Assembly: GCA_028286865.1 (NCBI GenBank)
Contig: JAQBQU010000017.1
Location: forward strand, 14,395 to 78,394
Direction of reading: 5' to 3'
DNA: 64,000 nucleotides
From: Candidatus Kaiserbacteria bacterium
Lineage (GTDB): Bacteria > Patescibacteriota > Minisyncoccia > Phycocordibacterales > UBA2100
Position 1 is the stretch's first letter. The number at the start of each line of letters is the position of its first letter. Of this stretch, positions 29,088 through 37,906 are shown piece by piece. The notes beneath the pieces are model-generated. The model was not told where the DNA came from and did not search any database. It saw only the letters and a list, made by a program, of their open reading frames with translations. The position numbers and the translations under genes are program-made.

Positions 29088-31037
29088 ATGAGCGCAATGC
29101 GAACCGTGAGTGCGCTTTTGTTTTTGGCATTGATGCTCCTGCCGGTCTCGGCCTTTGCCGCGGGGCCTGCGCGTATGCAGTGTTTCCTTACTTCTGCCTC
29201 TGACCCAAGCACGAAAACACCAAAGGAATTCACCGGAAATGCCGCGGCGCAGATAAAATCATTTCTCGACAACATCGAGCAGTGTCCGACCGCCTGCTAT
29301 TACGAGACAATCACGGTGAATATCGCCGACCAGAAAGTAAATATTTCAGTGCAAGCGCAGAATAAGTGCGGCGATCAGCCGACCAAGCAAAAGGCCGACC
29401 AGCTCAAGCTCGGCTGCAATAACGGTCAGACGCAGCCGACCGTTATCGTGAAGCGGACCGGTCTGGTCACCAAGACCGAGGCGCCAAAGTCGCGTTGCGA
29501 TACGACCAACAGTGTTTCAAGTAAGGTCGGCGCGGCGCTCGCTCAAACGGCCAAAGACGCAGTGCTTCAAGGGCTCGCTCAGAAAGCCGCGACCGATGTG
29601 GATATCAATACTCCGATAGGGAAGGAACAGACAGCGGGAGTACTGAAAGCATTCGGTGTGAATGATGCCGAGGCGAACGATCTGGTGGCCAAGAAGCCCG
29701 AGGAAGCAAAAGCGCTCCTGCAAGCACTGGCGTCGGGCGACCAGACAAAAGTGACTGAAGCGGCGCAAAATGCAGGAGTAACGCTCAACTCAAATCTCAG
29801 CGATATCGCGAGCTTATCGCCCAACGATGTCTCGAATAAGTTCGCAGGTATCTATACCGACGAACAGAAGCAAACCGCACTGACCTTACAGACGACGGGA
29901 TTAGGAACAGGTGACCCTGCAGCCGCGGCAAATGCTGCGCCCGCCGTACCTCCCGGCGGCAAATATGGCGATATGCTGAAGCGCGTTGAGGACGAATCCG
30001 GCCTTTCTGCGGTCGCCCCCGGTGTTTTGGCAAAAACAATGAAGATCGAGACCGGCGGTAACTGCAATTCGGTCTCTCCGACGGGGCCTGCCGGCTGCTT
30101 CCAGTACAGCGGCACCACCTGGGACAAGTGGAGCGCGGCGATCAACAATGGAGTTCCCTTGGACCGCTCACTGCGCTACGACCCGGAAGTATCGGCTCGC
30201 GTCACAGCGAATTATATGGCGACCAACTGGGCAAAATACGGAGATCTCATCACACAGTCCGGCATGGATCCGGCAGCAGCCCTCTACACTATTCATAATA
30301 TCGGCGATGGAGGTGGTCCGAAGTTTATCGCGGCATACGCGCAGGACCCGAACATGTCGGTATCGCAGGTGCTCGACGCCAACTCAATACGCTACAATCC
30401 CGGCCTCTATGGCAACGGGAATATCACGCTCGCCCAAGCCGAGCAGAACATGCTCTCGCGCATGAACGGCTCGACCAATTTTGCAGGTGCTGCATACACC
30501 GGCTCGCCGTTCGGCGGCGGTGCTCAAACAGGGTGGAACTATTACTCACCGAACACCCCATACGGCGTCTCTGCGAGTCCGTTCGGCAATGTATACACTC
30601 CGGTCCCGGCATCGTATCCGGGTGCTCCGGTCCCGACCGTGTCTACCGGCGCGCCCGTATCCACCGGTAATCCGGTCTCAACCGGCGGCACTGTCTCGAC
30701 CGGAGGCGTAATTTCTACGAACGGCACCGTCTCGAATGGTGTGACCACGGCGCCGGTTCCGGCAGCACAGCCGGTGGCGAGTATCATCGTGCAGCCGGCA
30801 TCGGCGATCGCCGGAAACCCGCTCACCGTATCGTGGTCGAGCTTCGGAATGCAGCCGAATAACCCGTGCAAGATCCTCGTCGTCGATGCATCATCCTCTC
30901 AGAGTGTACTGGCGCAAAGCAATGAGGGGACCAAGAGCATCACTCCCGCGCAATCAGGAAAACTGACGTTCTCGATGCAGTGCCTCGCTCTCAACGGCGC
31001 TTCCGTGCAGCAAGCAACATCCGCTTCCATCAGGTAG
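29088..31037 (+). CDS. large secreted protein with SLT-type lytic transglycosylase domain and PxSTG repeats
   Basis: Signal peptide MSAMRTVSALLFLALMLLPVSAFAAG. The SLT catalytic motif is MKIETGGNCNSVSPTGPAGCFQYSGTTW (ES..N..A.S..GA.GLMQ-like). The C-terminus has PVSTG repeats then a beta-rich domain. The start was trimmed from the track's 28959. Confidence 0.65.
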   Translation: MSAMRTVSALLFLALMLLPVSAFAAGPARMQCFLTSASDPSTKTPKEFTGNAAAQIKSFLDNIEQCPTACYYETITVNIADQKVNISVQAQNKCGDQPTKQKADQLKLGCNNGQTQPTVIVKRTGLVTKTEAPKSRCDTTNSVSSKVGAALAQTAKDAVLQGLAQKAATDVDINTPIGKEQTAGVLKAFGVNDAEANDLVAKKPEEAKALLQALASGDQTKVTEAAQNAGVTLNSNLSDIASLSPNDVSNKFAGIYTDEQKQTALTLQTTGLGTGDPAAAANAAPAVPPGGKYGDMLKRVEDESGLSAVAPGVLAKTMKIETGGNCNSVSPTGPAGCFQYSGTTWDKWSAAINNGVPLDRSLRYDPEVSARVTANYMATNWAKYGDLITQSGMDPAAALYTIHNIGDGGGPKFIAAYAQDPNMSVSQVLDANSIRYNPGLYGNGNITLAQAEQNMLSRMNGSTNFAGAAYTGSPFGGGAQTGWNYYSPNTPYGVSASPFGNVYTPVPASYPGAPVPTVSTGAPVSTGNPVSTGGTVSTGGVISTNGTVSNGVTTAPVPAAQPVASIIVQPASAIAGNPLTVSWSSFGMQPNNPCKILVVDASSSQSVLAQSNEGTKSITPAQSGKLTFSMQCLALNGASVQQATSASIR

Positions 31038-31046
31038 AATGCCGAA

Positions 31047-31346
31047 ATGTTCAAGCGCACCAAAGAAGATTTCGTCTGTGAGCATTGCGGCACTCAGGTA
31101 AAAGGTAATGGATATACCAATCACTGTCCGAAGTGCTTGTGGAGCAAGCATGTCGATGTCGACCCGGGGGATCGGGCGGCGAGCTGTGGCGGCCTTATGG
31201 AGCCCATCAGCATCGAGGGATCGAGCCCGGAGTATGTACTTACCCAAAAATGTACCGTATGCGGGCACGAGCGTCGCAATGTCATAGCCGCCAACGACGA
31301 CCCCACAAGCATCGTACAGCTCGCTCAAAAGCAGGCCTCGAAATGA
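31047..31346 (+). CDS. RNHCP-domain zinc-binding protein
   Basis: GYTNHCPKCLWSKHVD ... CTVCGHERRN matches the RNHCP domain signature with its two Cys pairs. Confidence 0.7.
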   Translation: MFKRTKEDFVCEHCGTQVKGNGYTNHCPKCLWSKHVDVDPGDRAASCGGLMEPISIEGSSPEYVLTQKCTVCGHERRNVIAANDDPTSIVQLAQKQASK

Positions 31347-31539
31347 CTTGTACGTATTCCGAGAGCCGTGCATAATGTATCTATGACAATGGGACCGGAT
31401 AACGAAGACCGCGGAGTCGAAGGCGAGAAGGAAGAGATCGTCGTCGACGGCGAGCATATCGAGATACAAATGCCGCCGGCACTTGATGGTCTCGGGAATC
31501 CCGCGGCGCCCGAAGACGACATGGGTCACGACTCGTAAT

Positions 31540-32133
31540 ATGGCGGCGAAGAAAATATTTCTCCTCCTCGGGCATCCCGACAAAGTCGGCATGTGCAATG
31601 ATCTGGCCGACGCGTACGAGCGCTCCGCGAAAGCTGCGGGGCACACCGTAGATCGCATGGACCTCTCAAAGATGCAGTTCGATCCCATCATGCATCAGGG
31701 GTATCGCGCAATCCAGCCGCTCGAGCCGGATCTCGTGCGCTTTCAGGAGCTCGTGAAAGGCTGCGATCATTTTGTGGTCATACACCCCATCTGGTGGGTG
31801 GGTATGCCGGCCCTTTTGAAGGGAGTATTCGATCGTGCATGGTTGCCGGGTTCAGCATTTCGATACATCAAAACAAGCGCCGGAGCGCGCACTATCTTTT
31901 GGCACCGGCTTTTTCGCGGGAAGACCGCACGCATCATTGTGACGAGCGGCACCCAGCCACTGCTCGTGAGATTCCTTCCGGGCAATGTGAATGCTCAGCT
32001 CAAATGGGGAATATTATGGTTCGCAGGATTCAAAACGCGCACGACCTGGTTTGGCCCGGCAGAAAATGTTCCGGAGGAGAAGAAGGCACACTGGATACAA
32101 GTGGTTGAAAAGTTGGGGAACAAGGGAATATAA
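31540..32133 (+). CDS. NAD(P)H-dependent oxidoreductase, flavodoxin-like fold (Flavodoxin_2/MdaB/KefF-like)
   Basis: KIFLLLGHPDKVGMCNDLADAY ... FVVIHPIWWVGMPALLKGVFDRAW is the typical NAD(P)H dehydrogenase (quinone) family pattern. Confidence 0.7.
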   Translation: MAAKKIFLLLGHPDKVGMCNDLADAYERSAKAAGHTVDRMDLSKMQFDPIMHQGYRAIQPLEPDLVRFQELVKGCDHFVVIHPIWWVGMPALLKGVFDRAWLPGSAFRYIKTSAGARTIFWHRLFRGKTARIIVTSGTQPLLVRFLPGNVNAQLKWGILWFAGFKTRTTWFGPAENVPEEKKAHWIQVVEKLGNKGI

Positions 32134-32190
32134 GAGGTATTTCAGCGGGCCAATGGCATAAACGCGCTTTTTCGGCTAGTATGGTCCCTT

Positions 32191-33291
32191 ATGTCACTCT
32201 CTATCGGTATCGTCGGTCTTCCCAACGTCGGCAAATCGACGCTTTTCTCTGCATTGACCAAAAAGCAGGTGCTTATCGCCAATTATCCTTTTGCGACCAT
32301 CGATCCGTCGGTCGGCGTCGTGGCAGTGCCCGATAATCGACTCGACTCACTCGCGAAGATGTCGAGTTCAGAAAAAGTTGTCCCGGCGATTGTAGAATTC
32401 GTCGATATCGCAGGGCTCGTGAAGGGGGCAAGCGAAGGAGAAGGTCTCGGCAATCAATTCCTACAGAACATCCGGGAGTGCGATGCGATCGCCGAAGTGG
32501 TTCGTCTCTTTGATGATGAGGACGTGCATCACGTATCAGGTAATGTCGATCCGCTGCACGATATCGAGATCATCGATATGGAACTCGTCCTCGCCGATCT
32601 TGAAAGCGCCGAGAAGCGTCTCGATCGGGTCGAGCGTGATTCAAAGGGCGGCGATAAGGCACTGCTCGCGGAGCGCGACGCACTTTTGAAGATCGTGCCG
32701 TTGCTCAAAGACGGTAAGCCTGCGCGCGCAGCATCACTCGATGAAAAGGACCTTGAGGCCGTCAAAGCGCTTCACTTGCTCACCCTCAAACCGCTTTTGT
32801 ACGTACTCAACAGAAAAGCGGGCACGGTAAACATCGATGCCGAAAATGGCGAGCGCTGGCGAGAACTCCAGTCGTTCTTCGAGCGCACCAATTCGCAGTA
32901 TGTAATTGTCGATGCCGGCGTCGAGCACGAACTCTCCGAAGTACACGATGACGAGCGCATGGATTTCCGCCGTGAGCTCGGTGTCAACGATGATGGTATT
33001 GATTTGCTCATCAAGGGCGGTTATCGACTTCTCAATTTAATATCCTTCTTCACTACAGGGGAGAAGGAAACGCGCGCATGGACCATCAAGCGGGGAGATA
33101 CCGCACCGGTGGCGGGTGCCGCAATTCACACTGATTTTAAAGATAAATTCATACGCGCCGAGGTCATCCACTGGGATACGCTTTTGGAAGACGGGTCATG
33201 GGGCAAAGCGAAAGAAAAAGGGCACGTACGTGCCGAAGGCAAAGAGTATGTCGTTGAAGACGGCGACGTAATGGAATTCCGCCACTCCTAA
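32191..33291 (+). CDS. ychF: ribosome-binding ATPase YchF
   Basis: MSLSIGIVGLPNVGKSTLFSALT P-loop, and the TGS-domain C-terminus (...AEGKEYVVEDGDVMEFRHS). Confidence 0.9.
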   Translation: MSLSIGIVGLPNVGKSTLFSALTKKQVLIANYPFATIDPSVGVVAVPDNRLDSLAKMSSSEKVVPAIVEFVDIAGLVKGASEGEGLGNQFLQNIRECDAIAEVVRLFDDEDVHHVSGNVDPLHDIEIIDMELVLADLESAEKRLDRVERDSKGGDKALLAERDALLKIVPLLKDGKPARAASLDEKDLEAVKALHLLTLKPLLYVLNRKAGTVNIDAENGERWRELQSFFERTNSQYVIVDAGVEHELSEVHDDERMDFRRELGVNDDGIDLLIKGGYRLLNLISFFTTGEKETRAWTIKRGDTAPVAGAAIHTDFKDKFIRAEVIHWDTLLEDGSWGKAKEKGHVRAEGKEYVVEDGDVMEFRHS

Positions 33292-33293
33292 AT

Positions 33294-33325
33294 AAAAAAC
33301 CCCGGGGAATGCCCCGGGGTTTTCT
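33294..33325. terminator. bidirectional terminator (CCCCGGGG-AATG-CCCCGGGG)
   Basis: An A-run upstream and a T-run downstream of an 8-bp GC stem, between convergent genes. Confidence 0.7.
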
Positions 33326-33350
33326 CGAATGACCATGTGGTCCGAAAGAT

Positions 33351-33848
33351 CTAGACGCGGCATTCCTGCCGAAGGACCGGACGAATGTCGATCGCGCGGA
33401 CGTTTCTTGCCGTCGCCCACAGTATCGCTGTCGGATCGAATTCCTTATTCGGTGCGGGAATAAAGGCGAAGACGAAGCCGGGTTTACTGATGACGCGAAT
33501 GGCGCCACGGGTCGCTTCTTTGAGCTGCTCCGCCTGAGACTTTGCGGCTTCGACGTCCCACTTGCGTGTGGTGCCGCAGAAGCCGTTATTCCACGCTTCG
33601 AGATCGAGCGGCTTCTTCGGCGGCACCATCGGCGATAGGATCGGCTTCACGCCCTTCTCGATCGTAATCCGCATGCACTTCGCACGCGCAGGGACTTCCA
33701 GAGATTCGACGTAAGACGACCTGCCATGCCAGAAGCCGAATTTCCGCAGTGAAGGATTCCAGGAATAAAACGAACCGCTCAGAGCTGGCACTGGTGTGCG
33801 AGCAGCGGACGAATCGGCGGGAATTGCTATACGAAGCACTGTCTGCAA
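33351..33848 (-). CDS. hypothetical protein (up to 165 aa; start uncertain)
   Basis: Strongly GC3-biased ORF with no motif recognised. Confidence 0.4.
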   Translation of the reverse strand: MQTVLRIAIPADSSAARTPVPALSGSFYSWNPSLRKFGFWHGRSSYVESLEVPARAKCMRITIEKGVKPILSPMVPPKKPLDLEAWNNGFCGTTRKWDVEAAKSQAEQLKEATRGAIRVISKPGFVFAFIPAPNKEFDPTAILWATARNVRAIDIRPVLRQECRV

Positions 33849-33926
33849 GGCTTTCCTCCATGTATTGCCCGCCTTTGCGGGTCAGGCCACAACGACCTCG
33901 GGATACTTTGCTATACGGATCTATAT

Positions 33927-34934
33927 ATGTCAACAGTAGGCGATTTATGGGCGACTGCTACAATAATCCTCATGAATACACATAAAGTAACCCCTAAGGA
34001 TTTCTTCCTCTGGGCCGGGGCGATGATCGCGTTCTACGTGAGCATGTTCTCCTTTATTACGCTTCTGTTCGAATACATTAATAATGCATACCCGGACGCT
34101 TTGAGCTACGGCTATACCGATCCGTACTCCGGTGCAATCCGGTTCGCGATCGCATCGCTCATCGTGCTTTTCCCGGTATTTCTCATCCTTATGCGCGTGA
34201 TCCGCAACGACATCCAGAAACATTCGGAAAAGAAGGATCTCTGGGTCCGTCGCTGGGCGCTCTTCCTCACGGTCTTTATCGCAGGAGCTGCTGTCGCGAT
34301 CGACCTCATCACCCTCGTGAACTCGTTCCTCGGCGGTGAACTTTCGACACGCTTCGTTCTGAAGGTCGTCGTGATCCTGCTCGTGGCAGGCGGGACATTC
34401 CTGCACTTCATGGCGGATGTGTGGGGCTACTGGCTCTTGTTCCCGAAGAAAGCGCGCAGTGTCGGCTATGCGGCAGCGCTCGTAGTGCTCCTTACGATCA
34501 TCGCCGGATTCTTTATCATGGGCTCGCCGTCGCAGGTACGTATGTATCGCTTTGACGACCAGAAGGTGAGCGACCTCACCAATCTTCAATGGCAGATCGT
34601 CAATTACTATCAGCAGAAGGGAGCTCTTCCGGCGGACCTCTCGATGTTGCAGGATCCTATCTCCGGATACCAGGTTCCGACCGATCCGCAGACCGGCAAC
34701 CCATACGCGTACCGCGTGACGACCGCTCCATACTCGTTCGAAATGTGTGCCGACTTCAATGCGACAAGCGACCATTCGGCGATCGCCGCACCCGTGAAAG
34801 CACCGCAGGCCCATGTAGGCGGTTCTATCGAGAATTCAACATGGACACACGATGCAGGAAGTACCTGCTTCGAGCGAACCATCGATCCGCAGATGTACCC
34901 GGTCTTCAACAAGAACGCCACGATCACTAATTAA
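33927..34934 (+). CDS. hypothetical membrane protein (335 aa; 5-6 TM N-domain + extracytoplasmic C-domain)
   Basis: The ATG immediately follows TATATA (leaderless-type). Hydrophobic segments run through about residue 200, then a Cys-containing soluble domain. Confidence 0.55.
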   Translation: MSTVGDLWATATIILMNTHKVTPKDFFLWAGAMIAFYVSMFSFITLLFEYINNAYPDALSYGYTDPYSGAIRFAIASLIVLFPVFLILMRVIRNDIQKHSEKKDLWVRRWALFLTVFIAGAAVAIDLITLVNSFLGGELSTRFVLKVVVILLVAGGTFLHFMADVWGYWLLFPKKARSVGYAAALVVLLTIIAGFFIMGSPSQVRMYRFDDQKVSDLTNLQWQIVNYYQQKGALPADLSMLQDPISGYQVPTDPQTGNPYAYRVTTAPYSFEMCADFNATSDHSAIAAPVKAPQAHVGGSIENSTWTHDAGSTCFERTIDPQMYPVFNKNATITN

Positions 34935-34978
34935 GCCGTCTTTTGCGCACGTACTGCACATGGTACGCTGGTACGACC

Positions 34979-37906
34979 ATGCAGTACGACCATAAGAAAA
35001 TTGAGAAAAAGTGGCAGGATATCTGGGCACAGAACAAGATCTATACCACACCGGATTCTGCTCCCGGCAAAGAAAATTTCTACCTCCTCGTCGAGTTCCC
35101 GTATCCGTCGGGCAATCTGCACGTGGGACACTGGTACGCATTCGCGGTGCCGGATATTTTGGCGCGTTTCCAGCGCATGCAAGGAAAGAACGTTCTCTAT
35201 CCTATCGGCTTCGACGCGTTCGGGCTTCCTGCGGAAAATGCGGCTATCAAGAATAAAGTGAATCCGCGCACGTGGACCGACGGCAACATCAAGTTTATGA
35301 AAGGTCAGATCGAATCGATGGGAACATCGTTCGACTGGTCGCGCGAAGTAGCGACGTACACTCCCGAATACTACAAGTGGACGCAGTGGCTTTTCCTGCA
35401 GCTCTATCAGAAAGGATTGGTCTATCAGAAAGAGACGGCGGTCAACTGGTGCCCGAATGATAAGACCGTGCTCGCCAACGAGCAGGTCGTCGACGGCAAG
35501 TGTGAGCGATGCGGACACGTAGTCGAGCAGCGGCAGATGCTGCAGTGGAATATCAAGATCACCGACTACGCAGACCGTCTTATCGACGATCTCGAGCCCC
35601 TCGATTGGCCGAATGAAATAAAGGAATCCCAAAAGAACTGGATCGGCCGCAGCGAGGGGGCGGAGATCGATTTTCAAGTTGTATTTGGAGAAAGCGATAT
35701 AAAATACAACTATATTTTTCTACACGGAAAAGGTGGTTCGCCGGAATCTGATTTCTGGCCGTGGCTCAAAGTACAGCTTGAGCGAAGAGGGCATCGCGTA
35801 CAAGCGCCGGCAATGCCGAACCCTGCAGACCCGAGTGATGAGGAGCAGGCGGATCATGTACAAAAAAATTGCACATTCGATGAGCATACAATTTTGCTCG
35901 GTCATTCCTTCGGTGGCATCGTGGCGCTTCGCCTTCTCGAGCGAGGTGTAAAGGTGGAGGCCGTCACGTTGATCGGTACACCGACGAGCGGTGTTTATCT
36001 CGATGGAAAAGATCGTCCATCAGTTACAAAGGCGGCTCAAAAGGGATTTAATTCAGAGAAGATCAATGCAAGTTCAAAACGAATCGTGTTGCTTTATGAT
36101 ACCAATGATCATGTGGTGCCGCTGTCGGACGGGGAAGCTCTAGTAAAACAGATCGGTGGACATTTCTTTACCGCAAAAGCGGAGAAGTCCCACTTTAATG
36201 CAAAGATCGAGCCCGAAGTACTTAGATACGCCGACCCGACCCTCACAGTCTTTACAACGCGTCCCGATACACTTTTCGGAGCCACGTATCTCGTACTCGC
36301 ACCCGAGCATCCATGGGTGACACTCGCGCTCGGGCATAAGACCGTACTTGAGAATAACGATGAAGTTGCCTCCTATGTGGACCGCACGCAGAAGATGTCG
36401 GACATGGACCGACAGACCACCAAAGAAAAAACCGGCGCACAGCTTAAAGGTGTGATGGCGATCAATCCTGCGACCAATGAAAAGATCCCGATGTTCATCG
36501 CGGATTACGTGCTTCCGCAATACGGTACCGGCGCCATCATGGCAGTGCCTGCACACGATGAGCGTGACTATGAATTCGCGAAGAAATTTGGTCTGCCGAT
36601 CAGACAGGTCGTTTCATCGGATTCTGATCTGCCGTATACCGGCACCGGGACGATCATGAATTCGGCCTCGTATGATGGGCTTTCGATAGAAGATGCAAAG
36701 AAGATGATGATAGAGGCGTACGGCAGACGCAAAACGACTTTCCGTCTTCGCGACTGGATCGTATCGCGCCAAAGGTATTGGGGTGTGCCGATACCAATGA
36801 TCCACTGTGAGAAATGTGGTGCTCAGCCGGTTCCTGATGCACATCTGCCGGTCGTACTTCCTGATGTCGAAGATTATCTTCCGGAAGGCTCAGGCAAATC
36901 ACCGCTCGCCAAGGTGGATTCGTTCGTGAATGTGAAGTGTCCGAAGTGCGGCGGCGCAGCGAAGCGCGAGACCGATACGCTCGATACGTTCGTCGATTCT
37001 TCGTGGTACTTCTTGCGCTATACCGATCCGAAAAATGCTGTTGAATTTGCATCGCGTGAGAAGCAGGACGCATGGTTGCCGGTGGATCTGTATTCCGGCG
37101 GCGCAGAGCACACGACGATGCATTTGCTCTATAGCCGTTTCTGGCACAAAGCGCTCTATGATATCGGGCTTGTAAAAGATCCGGAGCCGTATAAGCGCCG
37201 CATGAATCGCAGTCTCATCATGGGTCCCGACGGCCAGAAGATGAGCAAATCCCGCGGCAACGTCATCGATCCCGATGAGGTAGTGAATATGCTCGGGGCC
37301 GACACCGTGCGAATGTACCTGGCATTTATCGGCCCGTACGCAGAGGTTGCCAGCTATCCGTGGAATCCCGACGGGGTTGTCGGCGTACGTCGATTCTTGG
37401 AGCGCGTGGCCCGTGCCGAAGAATATGTACAAGCCGAGGATGTCGCATCGCTCAACGGCCCGCTTCACAAAGCGATCAAGAAGATCGGCGAGGATATAAC
37501 GTTGATGAAATTCAATACCGGCATCTCGCAACTGATGATCCTGCAGAATGCGATAGAGAAAGATAAGAAAATAGAAAAAGCGCAGTTCTCGACGATGCTG
37601 CAGTTGCTCGCACCGTTCGCGCCACACATCACAGAAGAACTCTGGAACAAGCTCGGCAACGAGTCTTCAATTCATACGCAGCCGTGGCCCGCATTCGATG
37701 CAAAATATCTGGTGGATGACGAGGTGGTCATTGCGGTGCAGATCGACGGCAAGACACGAGGCGAATTCACGATCGCGAGCGATGCCGACAAAGCTGCCGT
37801 AGAAGCCGCTGCAAAAGCAGCGGTCGCCGCACGGCTCGACGGGAAGACGATCTCGCGCACGATCGTGGTACCCAAGCGCCTCGTCAACTTTGTTCTCGAA
37901 GCTTAG
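34979..37906 (+). CDS. leuS: leucyl-tRNA synthetase carrying an inserted RBBP9/YdeN-like alpha/beta serine hydrolase domain
   Basis: HVGH-like (LHVGHWY) and KMSKS motifs, and CP1 editing domain motifs (TVFTTRPDTLFGATY). Between NWIGRSEGAEIDF and TVFTTRPDT, where E. coli LeuS has about 9 residues, about 190 residues are inserted: YIFLHGKGGSPESDFWPWLK...MPNP...ILLGHSFGGIVA...DHVVP...GGHFF. Confidence 0.9.
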   Translation: MQYDHKKIEKKWQDIWAQNKIYTTPDSAPGKENFYLLVEFPYPSGNLHVGHWYAFAVPDILARFQRMQGKNVLYPIGFDAFGLPAENAAIKNKVNPRTWTDGNIKFMKGQIESMGTSFDWSREVATYTPEYYKWTQWLFLQLYQKGLVYQKETAVNWCPNDKTVLANEQVVDGKCERCGHVVEQRQMLQWNIKITDYADRLIDDLEPLDWPNEIKESQKNWIGRSEGAEIDFQVVFGESDIKYNYIFLHGKGGSPESDFWPWLKVQLERRGHRVQAPAMPNPADPSDEEQADHVQKNCTFDEHTILLGHSFGGIVALRLLERGVKVEAVTLIGTPTSGVYLDGKDRPSVTKAAQKGFNSEKINASSKRIVLLYDTNDHVVPLSDGEALVKQIGGHFFTAKAEKSHFNAKIEPEVLRYADPTLTVFTTRPDTLFGATYLVLAPEHPWVTLALGHKTVLENNDEVASYVDRTQKMSDMDRQTTKEKTGAQLKGVMAINPATNEKIPMFIADYVLPQYGTGAIMAVPAHDERDYEFAKKFGLPIRQVVSSDSDLPYTGTGTIMNSASYDGLSIEDAKKMMIEAYGRRKTTFRLRDWIVSRQRYWGVPIPMIHCEKCGAQPVPDAHLPVVLPDVEDYLPEGSGKSPLAKVDSFVNVKCPKCGGAAKRETDTLDTFVDSSWYFLRYTDPKNAVEFASREKQDAWLPVDLYSGGAEHTTMHLLYSRFWHKALYDIGLVKDPEPYKRRMNRSLIMGPDGQKMSKSRGNVIDPDEVVNMLGADTVRMYLAFIGPYAEVASYPWNPDGVVGVRRFLERVARAEEYVQAEDVASLNGPLHKAIKKIGEDITLMKFNTGISQLMILQNAIEKDKKIEKAQFSTMLQLLAPFAPHITEELWNKLGNESSIHTQPWPAFDAKYLVDDEVVIAVQIDGKTRGEFTIASDADKAAVEAAAKAAVAARLDGKTISRTIVVPKRLVNFVLEA
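35675..36245 (+). other. in-frame lower-GC insertion within leuS encoding a small alpha/beta hydrolase (GHSFG nucleophile elbow)
   Basis: This segment has about 48% GC with AT-rich codons (aaa, tta, gat, aat), while the flanking leuS is about 58% GC and GC3-biased. The encoded sequence fits the RBBP9/YdeN serine hydrolase family (HG.GG...W..WLK..L...MPNP......GHS.G). Confidence 0.7.

Noticed and set aside
30640-30730. Short tandem nucleotide repeats (ccggtctcaaccgg-like) evaluated as a possible CRISPR or minisatellite.
   Set aside because: They are in-frame codon repeats encoding PVSTG within a long ORF. There are no spacer-repeat regularity and no cas genes.
35675-36245. Intein hypothesis for the leuS insertion.
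   Set aside because: There is no Cys/Ser/Thr at the N-terminal splice junction with a C-terminal HN plus a nucleophile, and no homing-endonuclease motifs. The insert has a clear alpha/beta-hydrolase GHSFG signature instead.
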